From assembly GCA_902563095.1 (NCBI GenBank), contig CACEWA010000003.1, positions 1,372 to 65,371 of the forward strand: a DNA stretch of 64,000 nucleotides. Direction: 5' to 3'. The notes under the pieces are model-generated. The model saw nothing but the letters and a program-made list of their open reading frames with translations, ran no database searches and had not been told where the DNA came from. A program made the position numbers and the translations under genes. Positions 47,674 to 56,117 of this stretch are shown here, in pieces. Each line of letters starts with the position of its first letter. Position 1 is the stretch's first letter. Origin of the DNA: an uncultured Candidatus Poseidoniales archaeon (GTDB taxonomy: Archaea > Thermoplasmatota > Poseidoniia > Poseidoniales > Poseidoniaceae).

Positions 47674-48924
47674 ATGGACGAAGCGTCTGTGCGCTATACC
47701 AACGCGGTGCTCATCGATGATGAGCTGCGTACGCACATCGGCGATTTTCTGCTTCATACGGATGGGTCTTGGTCTGAATCCAAAGGCGACGAAGACGTCA
47801 TCCACAACCTGGATGGCAGTAAGAGATTGATTACTCGCTCCTTTCAAAATTGGCACACTCACTTGCCGATGCAACTCAATGCGAGGGACTTCTCAGACGG
47901 CCTGCCTCTGCAAGAATGGTTAGAGAAATCTATCTTCCCAACTGAGATGAATCTCACGAAGGAATATGCACGAATCGGAGCTCTTGCTTCCGCATTAGAG
48001 ATGATCAAAACAGGTTCAACATTTGCTTGTGACATGTACCATTTCCCTGATGCGATTGTTTCTGCTCTGGATGAGGCTGGCTTACGAGGTATTGTGTGCG
48101 GTCCGCAGACTCAATGGCCACCGAATGCGGAAGAAGATGATGGCGCTGTTAGGCGCGAATTAGATTCTCAACTAGCATCAAATAGACCAGAAGATAAAGT
48201 TCACTATGGGGTTGCAACCCACGCCGTTTACACTTGTGATGAAGATACGTTGCTGGCTGGAAAAGAGTTGGCTGAGAAACACAATTCGCACATGACTATC
48301 CATGTCTCTGAAACTCGAAAAGAGGTTGCTGATTGCTTCAAAGAAACTGGAATGTACCCCCTAGAGTATCTCGACAGTATCGACTACTTTATTCCTAACA
48401 GAACTATCTGTGCTCACGGGTCTTGGGTCAAGAAATCAGAGATGCGCACTATGGCTGCTAGAAAGGCGATTCTAGCTCATTGCCCATCCTCTAACATGAA
48501 GTTAGCATGCGGGGGAACTGCCTCTCTACCTGCATACAAGGAAGCGGGTGTAGAAGTCCGTTTAGGCACAGATGGGCCTGCTTCAAGCGGCTCTGGACTG
48601 GACATGGCTCATGAAGCTCGTATGGCGTGCCTGGTGCAACGTCATGACCACTGGGATGCTTCTGCGTTACTTGCTAAGGATGCATTCGCTATGGCCACTT
48701 CTGGTAGCAAAGATTGGGCAACTTGGGACCTCAACGACATCCGAATGAACCCTGTTGGCAAAGACAATGAAAGACACATCTCCAACCTAATTTATAACGG
48801 TGGAAACTGTCTTGATTTGTGGATTGATGGAAATCCAATAATGCAATCTGGTACAGTGAATACCATCAATGAAAAAATGCTATTGGAAACCTTTAATCTA
48901 GCAGTAACTGATTATTATTCATGA
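47674..48924 (+). CDS. Amidohydrolase-superfamily nucleoside deaminase (MTA/SAH deaminase or TRZ/ATZ-like)
   Basis: FQNWHTHLPM (HxH), HVSET, ICAHG and LGTDGPASSG are the metal-ligand set of this family. The ATG at 47674 was chosen. The track GTG start is 47656. Confidence 0.85.
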   Translation: MDEASVRYTNAVLIDDELRTHIGDFLLHTDGSWSESKGDEDVIHNLDGSKRLITRSFQNWHTHLPMQLNARDFSDGLPLQEWLEKSIFPTEMNLTKEYARIGALASALEMIKTGSTFACDMYHFPDAIVSALDEAGLRGIVCGPQTQWPPNAEEDDGAVRRELDSQLASNRPEDKVHYGVATHAVYTCDEDTLLAGKELAEKHNSHMTIHVSETRKEVADCFKETGMYPLEYLDSIDYFIPNRTICAHGSWVKKSEMRTMAARKAILAHCPSSNMKLACGGTASLPAYKEAGVEVRLGTDGPASSGSGLDMAHEARMACLVQRHDHWDASALLAKDAFAMATSGSKDWATWDLNDIRMNPVGKDNERHISNLIYNGGNCLDLWIDGNPIMQSGTVNTINEKMLLETFNLAVTDYYS

Positions 48925-48973
48925 TAATTCAAATGCGATAACAATAATACGCCGGAGCCACCTATTACCTTAC

Positions 48974-49447
48974 ATGAGCCTTATGAACAAGATCTGTAGT
49001 GTATTGTTTTCTAATTCGGAAGAACTATTCATTCAAAATGCCATTGAGAATGATAGAAAGAGCAACAAAATACTGTTGGCTAAAACAGTTTTACAACCAA
49101 AAGAATACCCTCAATTTCGCAATATTACTGGCATGTCAATAGACGATTTCTTGATGAATGTCCATTCATTTTTTACTACAAACTATGAAGAATTCGCCTC
49201 TTATGATCACCAAAAAAAGAAATGGGACGGTAAACACATCATAGAGCAAAAATGTGCTTTCCCTGGATGTGCATCTGAAAGCAATATCCAGAGAGACCAC
49301 GTTATCCCTTCTTCCTTAAACAAAACTAATTTGTTCCCTTTCATCATTAGTGAACAGAATATGTTACCGCTGTGCGCTTTCCATAATAGAGTAAAAACAA
49401 ACTCAATTTTATTGGGAATCGCATTTCTCATGGATAGTAAAGAATAA
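48974..49447 (+). CDS. HNH endonuclease domain protein
   Basis: 157 aa. CAFPGCASESNIQRDHVIPSSLNKTN...LPLCAFHNRVKTN gives the C..C...DH..P...N...C..HN layout. Confidence 0.7.
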   Translation: MSLMNKICSVLFSNSEELFIQNAIENDRKSNKILLAKTVLQPKEYPQFRNITGMSIDDFLMNVHSFFTTNYEEFASYDHQKKKWDGKHIIEQKCAFPGCASESNIQRDHVIPSSLNKTNLFPFIISEQNMLPLCAFHNRVKTNSILLGIAFLMDSKE

Positions 49448-49471
49448 AGCACATTGCTTAATGATCTGGAC

Positions 49472-51262
49472 ATGGCAATTACTAGACTACCTCCGACACC
49501 GGCCGATGTCGAACCAGTTTACATGTATGATGACCCTACGTTACATCCAATTCCTATTAGTGGGATTTTTATTGATCAGAAAGCAAATGGTAGAATTAGA
49601 TCTATATCTTCAACTCCGCAAGATATGGATAGGTTAACGCAGACTCCACTTCTTTTTGCTGCAAGTAATCTGGATTACGCAACAAATCATGCAGGAGGAC
49701 CGATTACTCAATATCAAAGAAGTTTAGATATGACAAATGTTGGAAGAATTAGAGACTGGTGGTCTAACGTAGTTTCACTCAGTGCTAATCCTTCGTTAAT
49801 TTGGTTACCCGCCGGGCTAGTACCTGCAGGTTTTGATAGCCAACAACACCCAACATGTAACGGAGTAATTCAACCTGCCCAATGGGCGGTGCAAGAATGC
49901 CATTGTGGACAGGACGCTACACAATATGGCCCTCAGTATGCAGACCTATTTTTTGATCACTGCAGAGAGTGTGGATGGAATGGAAGACCTGGAAGAATTA
50001 TTGATGGACAACATAGGATACGCGGGATGGCAGACATTACGGCACCTAATAACGGGCATGAGGAGCAAATTCTAATTTCTCTTATGATAAATCAGCCCCC
50101 CCTTGCTGTAAATGAAATGGATGCTGCAAGGATGTTTATTGAAATAAACGCTGGTGGAAGGGAACTTAAGCAGTTACACAAGGATTATCTCGCATCTCAC
50201 TTTGGTATTCTCCATTACAGTGAACAAAGGAACCAGAGCGCATACAGTGTAGCCCGAGACTTAAATCGTCCAGCACAGGTTGCGCCAAATACCGAGTGGC
50301 ACGAAGATACTGCAGCGGTTCCAAAACGAGGACGCGTACAATTGATGCCAAATACACCTAATTGTGACTATCTCACAGCCTGGAGAATTGTGGATTGGAT
50401 TATGGATGTCGTAGACAAGGATTACATTGCTATTGACCCAGTAACGGGTAATTCTGTAGCAGGAGCAGTCTATAACTGGCCTGCTCCAGCAAATTTGTTT
50501 ATGCTTGAAGCGTCCTTGAGAAATGAATTATCTAGCTATCTTAGAGCAATTACTCAACAATGGTCTGGCGCCATGGGACCGAGAACTGCACCAAAATGGT
50601 TTACCAACCGAACTGCTACGGGAGATTTACAAAGCAAAGGTGTGTTGAGGACATTGCTAAATCTCATGCCAACTATTCTACGACGAATTGATATTAACGG
50701 CGGAGCTAGAGATATCCCAACTTTTGAGGCGGAGCTAAGTTTGCTCAATAACATCTCGTGGACTGGGTCGTGGAATAATAATCTACGTGGCGATCCAGGT
50801 ATTAGCAGAGTATCAAAAGTCCTACAAAAATTGATGCTAAATGCTCCCTACACTGGCGCCGTAGCTGCCCCTCAATGGCCAGCAATTACAGCCTGGTTCA
50901 CAGGCCAGCATGACCCATTCACGGTAATTAGTTTTAATTCAAGCACAGTTAATTTCGATTTCGAGATTGAAACTACTTGTAGCATTGAGCCGGCAATAGT
51001 AGAATCTCTTTCTATTCTTGGAGAAGGAAACGGAATTGTTAGTATCAGAATAACTCCAGCGGGAGGAGGAGGTCCCGGACCTTGGCAAGATTACACCCAC
51101 AAAGTCACGGCTGGGACTAACAGTATACTGTACGCAGGTGTAGCACCAGCGGTTGGAGATACTATTGAAGTACAAGTCAAGGTAGGAACTGCACTAAATG
51201 ACACATTAGTACAGGATAATGACACTCTGGCTGGTGCATCAGTTAGCACTATAGTCGTGTGA
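49472..51262 (+). CDS. DGQHR-domain (DndB/ParB-like) protein with an Ig-like C-terminal region
   Basis: GRIIDGQHRIRGM is the eponymous DGQHR motif. FIEINAGGRELK resembles the following conserved block. The ATG at 49472 was chosen. The track TTG start is 49454. Confidence 0.7.
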   Translation: MAITRLPPTPADVEPVYMYDDPTLHPIPISGIFIDQKANGRIRSISSTPQDMDRLTQTPLLFAASNLDYATNHAGGPITQYQRSLDMTNVGRIRDWWSNVVSLSANPSLIWLPAGLVPAGFDSQQHPTCNGVIQPAQWAVQECHCGQDATQYGPQYADLFFDHCRECGWNGRPGRIIDGQHRIRGMADITAPNNGHEEQILISLMINQPPLAVNEMDAARMFIEINAGGRELKQLHKDYLASHFGILHYSEQRNQSAYSVARDLNRPAQVAPNTEWHEDTAAVPKRGRVQLMPNTPNCDYLTAWRIVDWIMDVVDKDYIAIDPVTGNSVAGAVYNWPAPANLFMLEASLRNELSSYLRAITQQWSGAMGPRTAPKWFTNRTATGDLQSKGVLRTLLNLMPTILRRIDINGGARDIPTFEAELSLLNNISWTGSWNNNLRGDPGISRVSKVLQKLMLNAPYTGAVAAPQWPAITAWFTGQHDPFTVISFNSSTVNFDFEIETTCSIEPAIVESLSILGEGNGIVSIRITPAGGGGPGPWQDYTHKVTAGTNSILYAGVAPAVGDTIEVQVKVGTALNDTLVQDNDTLAGASVSTIVV

Positions 51263-51330
51263 TATTTTTATGAGTCTTTAACAGGATGTTTTGATTTTAT
51301 AATCATAAAACAAAATGTTAATTCCATTTG

Positions 51331-52032
51331 TCAAAAGAATTCTTCGAAGATGTTTTCCCATCTGGATTCATCTTCATAGACAGGACTCTCAGGTTCCCAA
51401 CAACCACATTCTCCACATGTTCCGTTTGCAACATCATCGACATGAATCAAGCTCTCACAACTTATGCAAAAGCACAAGTCATCAAAGATGACTTCTTCAT
51501 CCTCATCAATCTCTTCACTTGGATCTCCAATATTCCCTTGTGGATCCATTCGGAAAGACTCCATATCAACCTCTGCAAACAGATTACTCAACTCAGCATC
51601 TGTTAACTCTTTCAGCATTCTCCCATCATTAGTCAACCTTAGATTGGCAACTGCGTAACAATTAGATTCTGCATAGAAAGAATGCCAAGACCACTTTTTA
51701 TCTTGACCTGCAACAAATTCACGGGTACATCCAGGTATCTCAAAACTCAATTCACTTCTAGATTTGATCCATTCCGGAAAGAATGGCCTTGAGATAGTCC
51801 AAGTCTCCTTTCCATCATCTATTGACTTCGATATTCCAATTATCTGTGGGGGTTTTTCGATATCTTCCGGACTTGGTTGGCCTGCTAGACCAACGAATTG
51901 TTGTACTACTGTGCCAAGATGAGAGAGTATATCTTCTCCTTCTTCGGTCCTTCCTATGGGACGTTCATGCTCAGTTTTACGTAGATGCTTAATTTCATCA
52001 TGATCGATGAAGTTGACATAAACACGTGACAT
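51331..52032 (-). CDS. Hypothetical acidic protein with a C-terminal zinc-ribbon-like cluster
   Basis: 233 aa. CFCISC...CGECGC. Last gene of a three-gene minus-strand set. Confidence 0.5.
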   Translation of the reverse strand: MSRVYVNFIDHDEIKHLRKTEHERPIGRTEEGEDILSHLGTVVQQFVGLAGQPSPEDIEKPPQIIGISKSIDDGKETWTISRPFFPEWIKSRSELSFEIPGCTREFVAGQDKKWSWHSFYAESNCYAVANLRLTNDGRMLKELTDAELSNLFAEVDMESFRMDPQGNIGDPSEEIDEDEEVIFDDLCFCISCESLIHVDDVANGTCGECGCWEPESPVYEDESRWENIFEEFF

Positions 52033-52398
52033 TTATTCGCCCTCATTGTTGAATTGATCAAACCAATCCATTGAAAATTCACAATCATCGTATTCAGGGT
52101 CTTCAATCAAGTTTCTTGCATACTGAATCGCAGCAGTGCCAAGGTACCGCCCCCATAATTGATCATGAACCTTCCATTCTTTTTCCAACTCTTCGAACTC
52201 CGATTCAAACTGAATCAATACGTGAGCTAACTCTTCAATAAACTCCTGAAGTTGCCAATAATGAATGCCTCCTGCGCCTTCCATATTCCGGAAATATGGA
52301 TCGATATTTTCTGGTTTCTTCATTTCCTCATCAAGATTAATCAGACCATCCAGATAATCAGCAAAAATGACTCGTGCCACTGGGGTATCTTCTGACAT
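52033..52398 (-). CDS. Small acidic hypothetical protein
   Basis: 121 aa, Asp/Glu rich, directly abutting the downstream gene (52032/52033). Confidence 0.5.
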   Translation of the reverse strand: MSEDTPVARVIFADYLDGLINLDEEMKKPENIDPYFRNMEGAGGIHYWQLQEFIEELAHVLIQFESEFEELEKEWKVHDQLWGRYLGTAAIQYARNLIEDPEYDDCEFSMDWFDQFNNEGE

Positions 52399-52440
52399 GA
52401 TAAATCACTAACATTGGAGGTATATGGAGTTAAGTGAAAA

Positions 52441-52731
52441 TCATAGATGACCTATAGTATCCATTGCAGCAAGAATTTGATCCACATGATTCATTCCTTT
52501 CATAATGAAAGAACCAGTTTCCTGAAATCCAAGAATTGTTAGATTTGTAACGATCCTTTCAACCGACTCAGTTTCAGCAGATGTAGGATTTTCTTTCATT
52601 AAAATCAAGAATTGTTTATTCAGATGATCAAACTTGAATACACACCCTACTGAAGGCATTGCCCAAGTGGTCTTACCTTGGATTGCGTTCAGTGTCCAAC
52701 GTAAATCCTCCTCATTCGGTTGATACTCCAT
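52441..52731 (-). CDS. Small hypothetical protein
   Basis: 96-aa ORF, co-directional with the two genes downstream. No motif recognised. Confidence 0.45.
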   Translation of the reverse strand: MEYQPNEEDLRWTLNAIQGKTTWAMPSVGCVFKFDHLNKQFLILMKENPTSAETESVERIVTNLTILGFQETGSFIMKGMNHVDQILAAMDTIGHL

Positions 52732-52786
52732 GTGGAATCCTAGACGCTATCGGTTAAAATATAAATGGAAAAGACTAGGGTAAGTT

Positions 52787-53224
52787 ATGGCAAGAGTTGA
52801 GGTATGGGAAACTATACAAACGTTCCAAATTTGGCCAGAAATGACATTCTTTGGGCTAGACAAGAACAGTGCACACACATTCAAACTTCCAAAATCAACA
52901 ACGGAAGGAATAATGCGAATACTAGAATTAGGGGGAGACAAGTTACAAACTGACATTCAGCTAAACATTGGTGGGAAGTACTACCCTGCAACAGCCAGAG
53001 TGTGGAGAGGTAACAGAGACAGACCTAGGAAATTGCTGCCTGAAGATCTACCTGAACGAATTGGAATTATGTTCACATGGTCGGCTTTTGAGGTTACGAT
53101 TGCAGCCATAAGAGTGGCCTTAGAATCTGCTTATTCTCAGGTAGCAAATGGAGAAAAAAATAACTCACAAACCGCTACATTTGTACATATCAAAAATAAT
53201 CAATTCTCAATTATTCCATCTTGA
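52787..53224 (+). CDS. Hypothetical protein
   Basis: 145-aa ORF filling the gap between two minus-strand units. No motif recognised. Confidence 0.45.
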   Translation: MARVEVWETIQTFQIWPEMTFFGLDKNSAHTFKLPKSTTEGIMRILELGGDKLQTDIQLNIGGKYYPATARVWRGNRDRPRKLLPEDLPERIGIMFTWSAFEVTIAAIRVALESAYSQVANGEKNNSQTATFVHIKNNQFSIIPS

Positions 53225-53227
53225 GGA

Positions 53228-54280
53228 CTATTCCAAATTGGCGATTAAATCATCAATACCTGATAGATTTGTGACATGGACACCATTAATACAATCCTGA
53301 ACTAATTCTTGGGCTTTAGTAGTTGTAACCAATATCTTGGTAACTCTTTCTTTCGGAATATTGAATGCAAGTTGGAGATTCTGTAATCTGTGAACTTCCT
53401 TCATAGTTCTAGTTTCACAGGATTGTTTATTCTTGCACCAAGCAAATTTGCAACTTACATAAAGCAAATTTCCATTTTTATGGATTGCAATTATGTCTTC
53501 TTCTCTTCTGACATTCAATTCCCTTCTCTCTGAACCGAATTCGACGTTTACAGAAACGTCATGTATGCTACGGTTTCTCATAAAACAGGCAGCGGCGAGC
53601 TTCTCCAATGCAAATCCAACATCACTGATTGATTTGGTTTTTGTCAATTCCAAAATATTGTGTTCATCGAGCCAATTTTCCAAATTACTAGTTCTACTTT
53701 CAGATTCAATAATCGACTGAAGAGATATTTCATCTATACTTAGACTAGGTTTACCATGAGATTGTACCGATTCAAAATACCATTCAATAGAGGATTTGAA
53801 AGGTAATTTATGTTCGTGTCTTTCAATCTTTAAAGTATTATTATCTTGTCTATCCAGTCTAAACCACTCAATTATATTGCCTTGGGGTTTTGTGAAACAG
53901 ATATAAATCGAATTTATTCCAACAATCGAACTGATTTCTGAGCATATCAACTCAAGAACCATTCCCAAGTGAAGGGGTAGCCCAGGGACTACAATACAAT
54001 CTCCATCTTTAGGAACATAATTCATTTTTTGTGAAAACATGTCATTGATTATAGGAATTTTTAGTTCCTCGATCTGTAATTTAGTATCCTTTAGCATATT
54101 TCTTAGATGAGTAAAATTAGATTTTTTCTCCACATTTGAATCGTATAGCAACAGTACTGATTTGATGCTTTTTTGTTGTCCTTCAAAGTGCAATGCATTC
54201 ATTATTGAAGTTATAGTTAGAGGATTATTTCCAATGCTGGGGAAAATAATGAGCCTCTCTGGTAATGTTTGCGAACTCAT
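53228..54280 (-). CDS. CARF + PD-(D/E)xK nuclease (Card1/Can2-like, DUF1887-type) candidate
   Basis: 350 aa. N-terminal Rossmann-like RLIIFPSIGNNPLTITSI and VLLLYDS. C-terminal GFALEKLAAACF...VSVNVEF...REEDIIAIHKNGNLLYVSCKF matches the E...D-h-h-h...h-x-K restriction-fold layout of Card1-type effectors (Ser in place of the usual Glu before Lys). Confidence 0.55.
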   Translation of the reverse strand: MSSQTLPERLIIFPSIGNNPLTITSIMNALHFEGQQKSIKSVLLLYDSNVEKKSNFTHLRNMLKDTKLQIEELKIPIINDMFSQKMNYVPKDGDCIVVPGLPLHLGMVLELICSEISSIVGINSIYICFTKPQGNIIEWFRLDRQDNNTLKIERHEHKLPFKSSIEWYFESVQSHGKPSLSIDEISLQSIIESESRTSNLENWLDEHNILELTKTKSISDVGFALEKLAAACFMRNRSIHDVSVNVEFGSERRELNVRREEDIIAIHKNGNLLYVSCKFAWCKNKQSCETRTMKEVHRLQNLQLAFNIPKERVTKILVTTTKAQELVQDCINGVHVTNLSGIDDLIANLE

Positions 54281-55023
54281 TTACTGCCACCTCCAATACC
54301 AAAATCTCGTAACCGTTCTCCAATATTTGACCACCATGCTGGCGATGATGGCAATGGATCTCTAGTGATTTTCAAAGCATGTCTGCCAAAGGTGTTCCAA
54401 GCTTTTTTGACTCTGTGGTACACATCTTCCTCCCATTCTCGGGCTTCTTTGCGTTTCATCTCACCAGCATTAGCAGGCAGAGAGATATGAAGATGATATT
54501 TTGATTGATTCCTTATCCAAGACAATCCTTTGATTTGACTATACCTTTCAATAGAGATAGGAGTTAACTTCAGTGCATCTTCTTCAGAAACTTGGCCTAA
54601 TTCGTAACTTTCTGTCCTATTTGACAAATTTATCAACATCTCACGAGAGATATTGTTCCCCTTACCATCACCTGCTTTCCTAGTATGCTCGACCCAATGT
54701 TTTGGAGGAAGGGCAGTTACTGAAATGACATCATGCCACATGCTAACTTGCATATCTCTGGTGCCTGGGCCAAAAACCAAGTTCCATTCGAAAGCATCTG
54801 AATACGACTCGACAACTGATTGAGCTCTTTCAAATTCACATACAATATATTCGGTTTCGGAGGTAGATTCAATTTCTTGAATAATTTTCCCAAACTCTGT
54901 TGTCTCTTTCGTCACAGCTAGAACAATTAATGAAAACCCATTTTTTGAATAACACCTTGCTAATCTTAAGCAATGTATAGGACTCCTGCCGATAGGTAAC
55001 AATACTGCTCTTTGAGAGGGCAT
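54277..55023 (-). CDS. CARF-like Rossmann domain protein with an uncharacterised about 100-aa C-terminal domain
   Basis: 248 aa. AVLLPIGRSPIHCLRLA, SLIVLAVT and VFGPGTRDMQVSMW (G-x-G-T loop). ATGA overlap with the Card1-like gene. Confidence 0.4.
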   Translation of the reverse strand: MPSQRAVLLPIGRSPIHCLRLARCYSKNGFSLIVLAVTKETTEFGKIIQEIESTSETEYIVCEFERAQSVVESYSDAFEWNLVFGPGTRDMQVSMWHDVISVTALPPKHWVEHTRKAGDGKGNNISREMLINLSNRTESYELGQVSEEDALKLTPISIERYSQIKGLSWIRNQSKYHLHISLPANAGEMKRKEAREWEEDVYHRVKKAWNTFGRHALKITRDPLPSSPAWWSNIGERLRDFGIGGGSK

Positions 55024-55097
55024 GAAAATGCTACATTGGACTGCAATATTATTGTAACTATACCAAATCTAAAATACGGCTGGGGCTTGGAAATAAC

Positions 55098-55571
55098 ATG
55101 TCATTTTCTAATTTTCATCAGCATTGTAAGAAGTGCAGAAAAGGTAGGCCATGCAAAAAAAAACATGTTTATGTTATGGAATTGAAGTTAGAAGTATATG
55201 AAAAAAGTCAGAAATTCAAAGATGCAAATCCAAACTACAAGCAGGGCATGCCTTGTGTATATGTTGGGAAAACCTCACATCATCCAAGATGTCGGCAAAG
55301 CCAACATAACAACTGTAAAACTGGGGATTGGCGAGGAAAGAAATGGACTTGTTATTGCGGCATGAAATCAGAACCAGTTAGTGAATGTAAAATATCGACA
55401 AGAACCTCAAGTATAGTTGGGAAATACATGACTGGGTTCTTACTAAAGAGCCTATACAAGAAGTACAACCCACAGCAGGATCCACAAAGCAACGAAGAAG
55501 CCGAAGATAAGCTAACTAATGAACTACGAAGTCAAGGTTTTGGAGTTTGGGCTGGCCATCTGGATGCTTAG
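55098..55571 (+). CDS. Hypothetical Cys-rich protein, possibly a GIY-YIG-like nuclease
   Basis: VYVMEL...(long insert)...VYVGKTSHHPRCRQSQHNN...EDKLTNELRSQG loosely fits GIY...YIG...R..H...E. The spacing between the first two elements is atypically long. Confidence 0.35.
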   Translation: MSFSNFHQHCKKCRKGRPCKKKHVYVMELKLEVYEKSQKFKDANPNYKQGMPCVYVGKTSHHPRCRQSQHNNCKTGDWRGKKWTCYCGMKSEPVSECKISTRTSSIVGKYMTGFLLKSLYKKYNPQQDPQSNEEAEDKLTNELRSQGFGVWAGHLDA

Positions 55572-56050
55572 TAATTTTTTTCACTTAAATTCTGGAAGAA
55601 ATCAATTATTGCGTTCCAATCAGGATAATCAAATGCCATTCCATTCACATCATAACCAAATCTAAGAAGACCTCCTCTTTTTTTCCAATCTCCTGCCCCG
55701 TTATGTTCTCTGTCATCTATTAGATAATCTCCCGAATTCAGGTTCTTGTTATGGGATAAAATCAGTCGTTTGTATGCGACCTCTCCTAGGTATTTTTGCA
55801 CCCACAGTAATTTATCTGACCAAGCGGAGGGGTTATTCCATGGTGCAGTAGATAAAATATACACATCATGACCCATCTCTACTAGTTTCTTATACCCTGA
55901 AATTGCTCCAGGCATAGGAATCATCTTACTAAAAATGCCATCGATATTATCTGCATCTTTCATATCTTCTGGCAACCCTAATTCGCGAAGAGCATGCTTA
56001 AAATCAACAATCACATTATCCATATCGACATAAACTATTGCCATAGTCAT
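55568..56050 (-). CDS. 5'(3')-deoxyribonucleotidase (HAD superfamily, NT5C-like)
   Basis: 160 aa. VYVDMDNVIVDF (DxDxV nucleophile motif), ILSTAP, and DYLIDDREHNG (a C-terminal acidic motif). Confidence 0.8.
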   Translation of the reverse strand: MTMAIVYVDMDNVIVDFKHALRELGLPEDMKDADNIDGIFSKMIPMPGAISGYKKLVEMGHDVYILSTAPWNNPSAWSDKLLWVQKYLGEVAYKRLILSHNKNLNSGDYLIDDREHNGAGDWKKRGGLLRFGYDVNGMAFDYPDWNAIIDFFQNLSEKNY

Positions 56051-56117
56051 TAATTATCAATGAGATTTATGATTGTTTCATTAGCAAAGTGAATTGATCT
56101 AAGAATCTGGTCGCTAA

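Noticed and set aside
47632-47874. Minus-strand 80-aa ORF, and + ORF 47645..47830, overlapping the amidohydrolase 5' end
   Set aside because: They overlap a well-supported gene with clear metal-ligand motifs, and they have no independent support.
51263-51330. AT-rich imperfect inverted repeat (TTTTGATTTTAT...ATAAAACAAAA) between convergent genes, a possible bidirectional terminator
   Set aside because: The stem is imperfect and almost pure A/T. Archaeal termination often needs only T-tracts, so there is not enough evidence to annotate it.
12185-55600. Annotating the island as an integrated mobile element or provirus
   Set aside because: I recognised no integrase, transposase, capsid/terminase or conjugation genes, and no flanking direct repeats. 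Only compositional and functional evidence points to horizontal acquisition.
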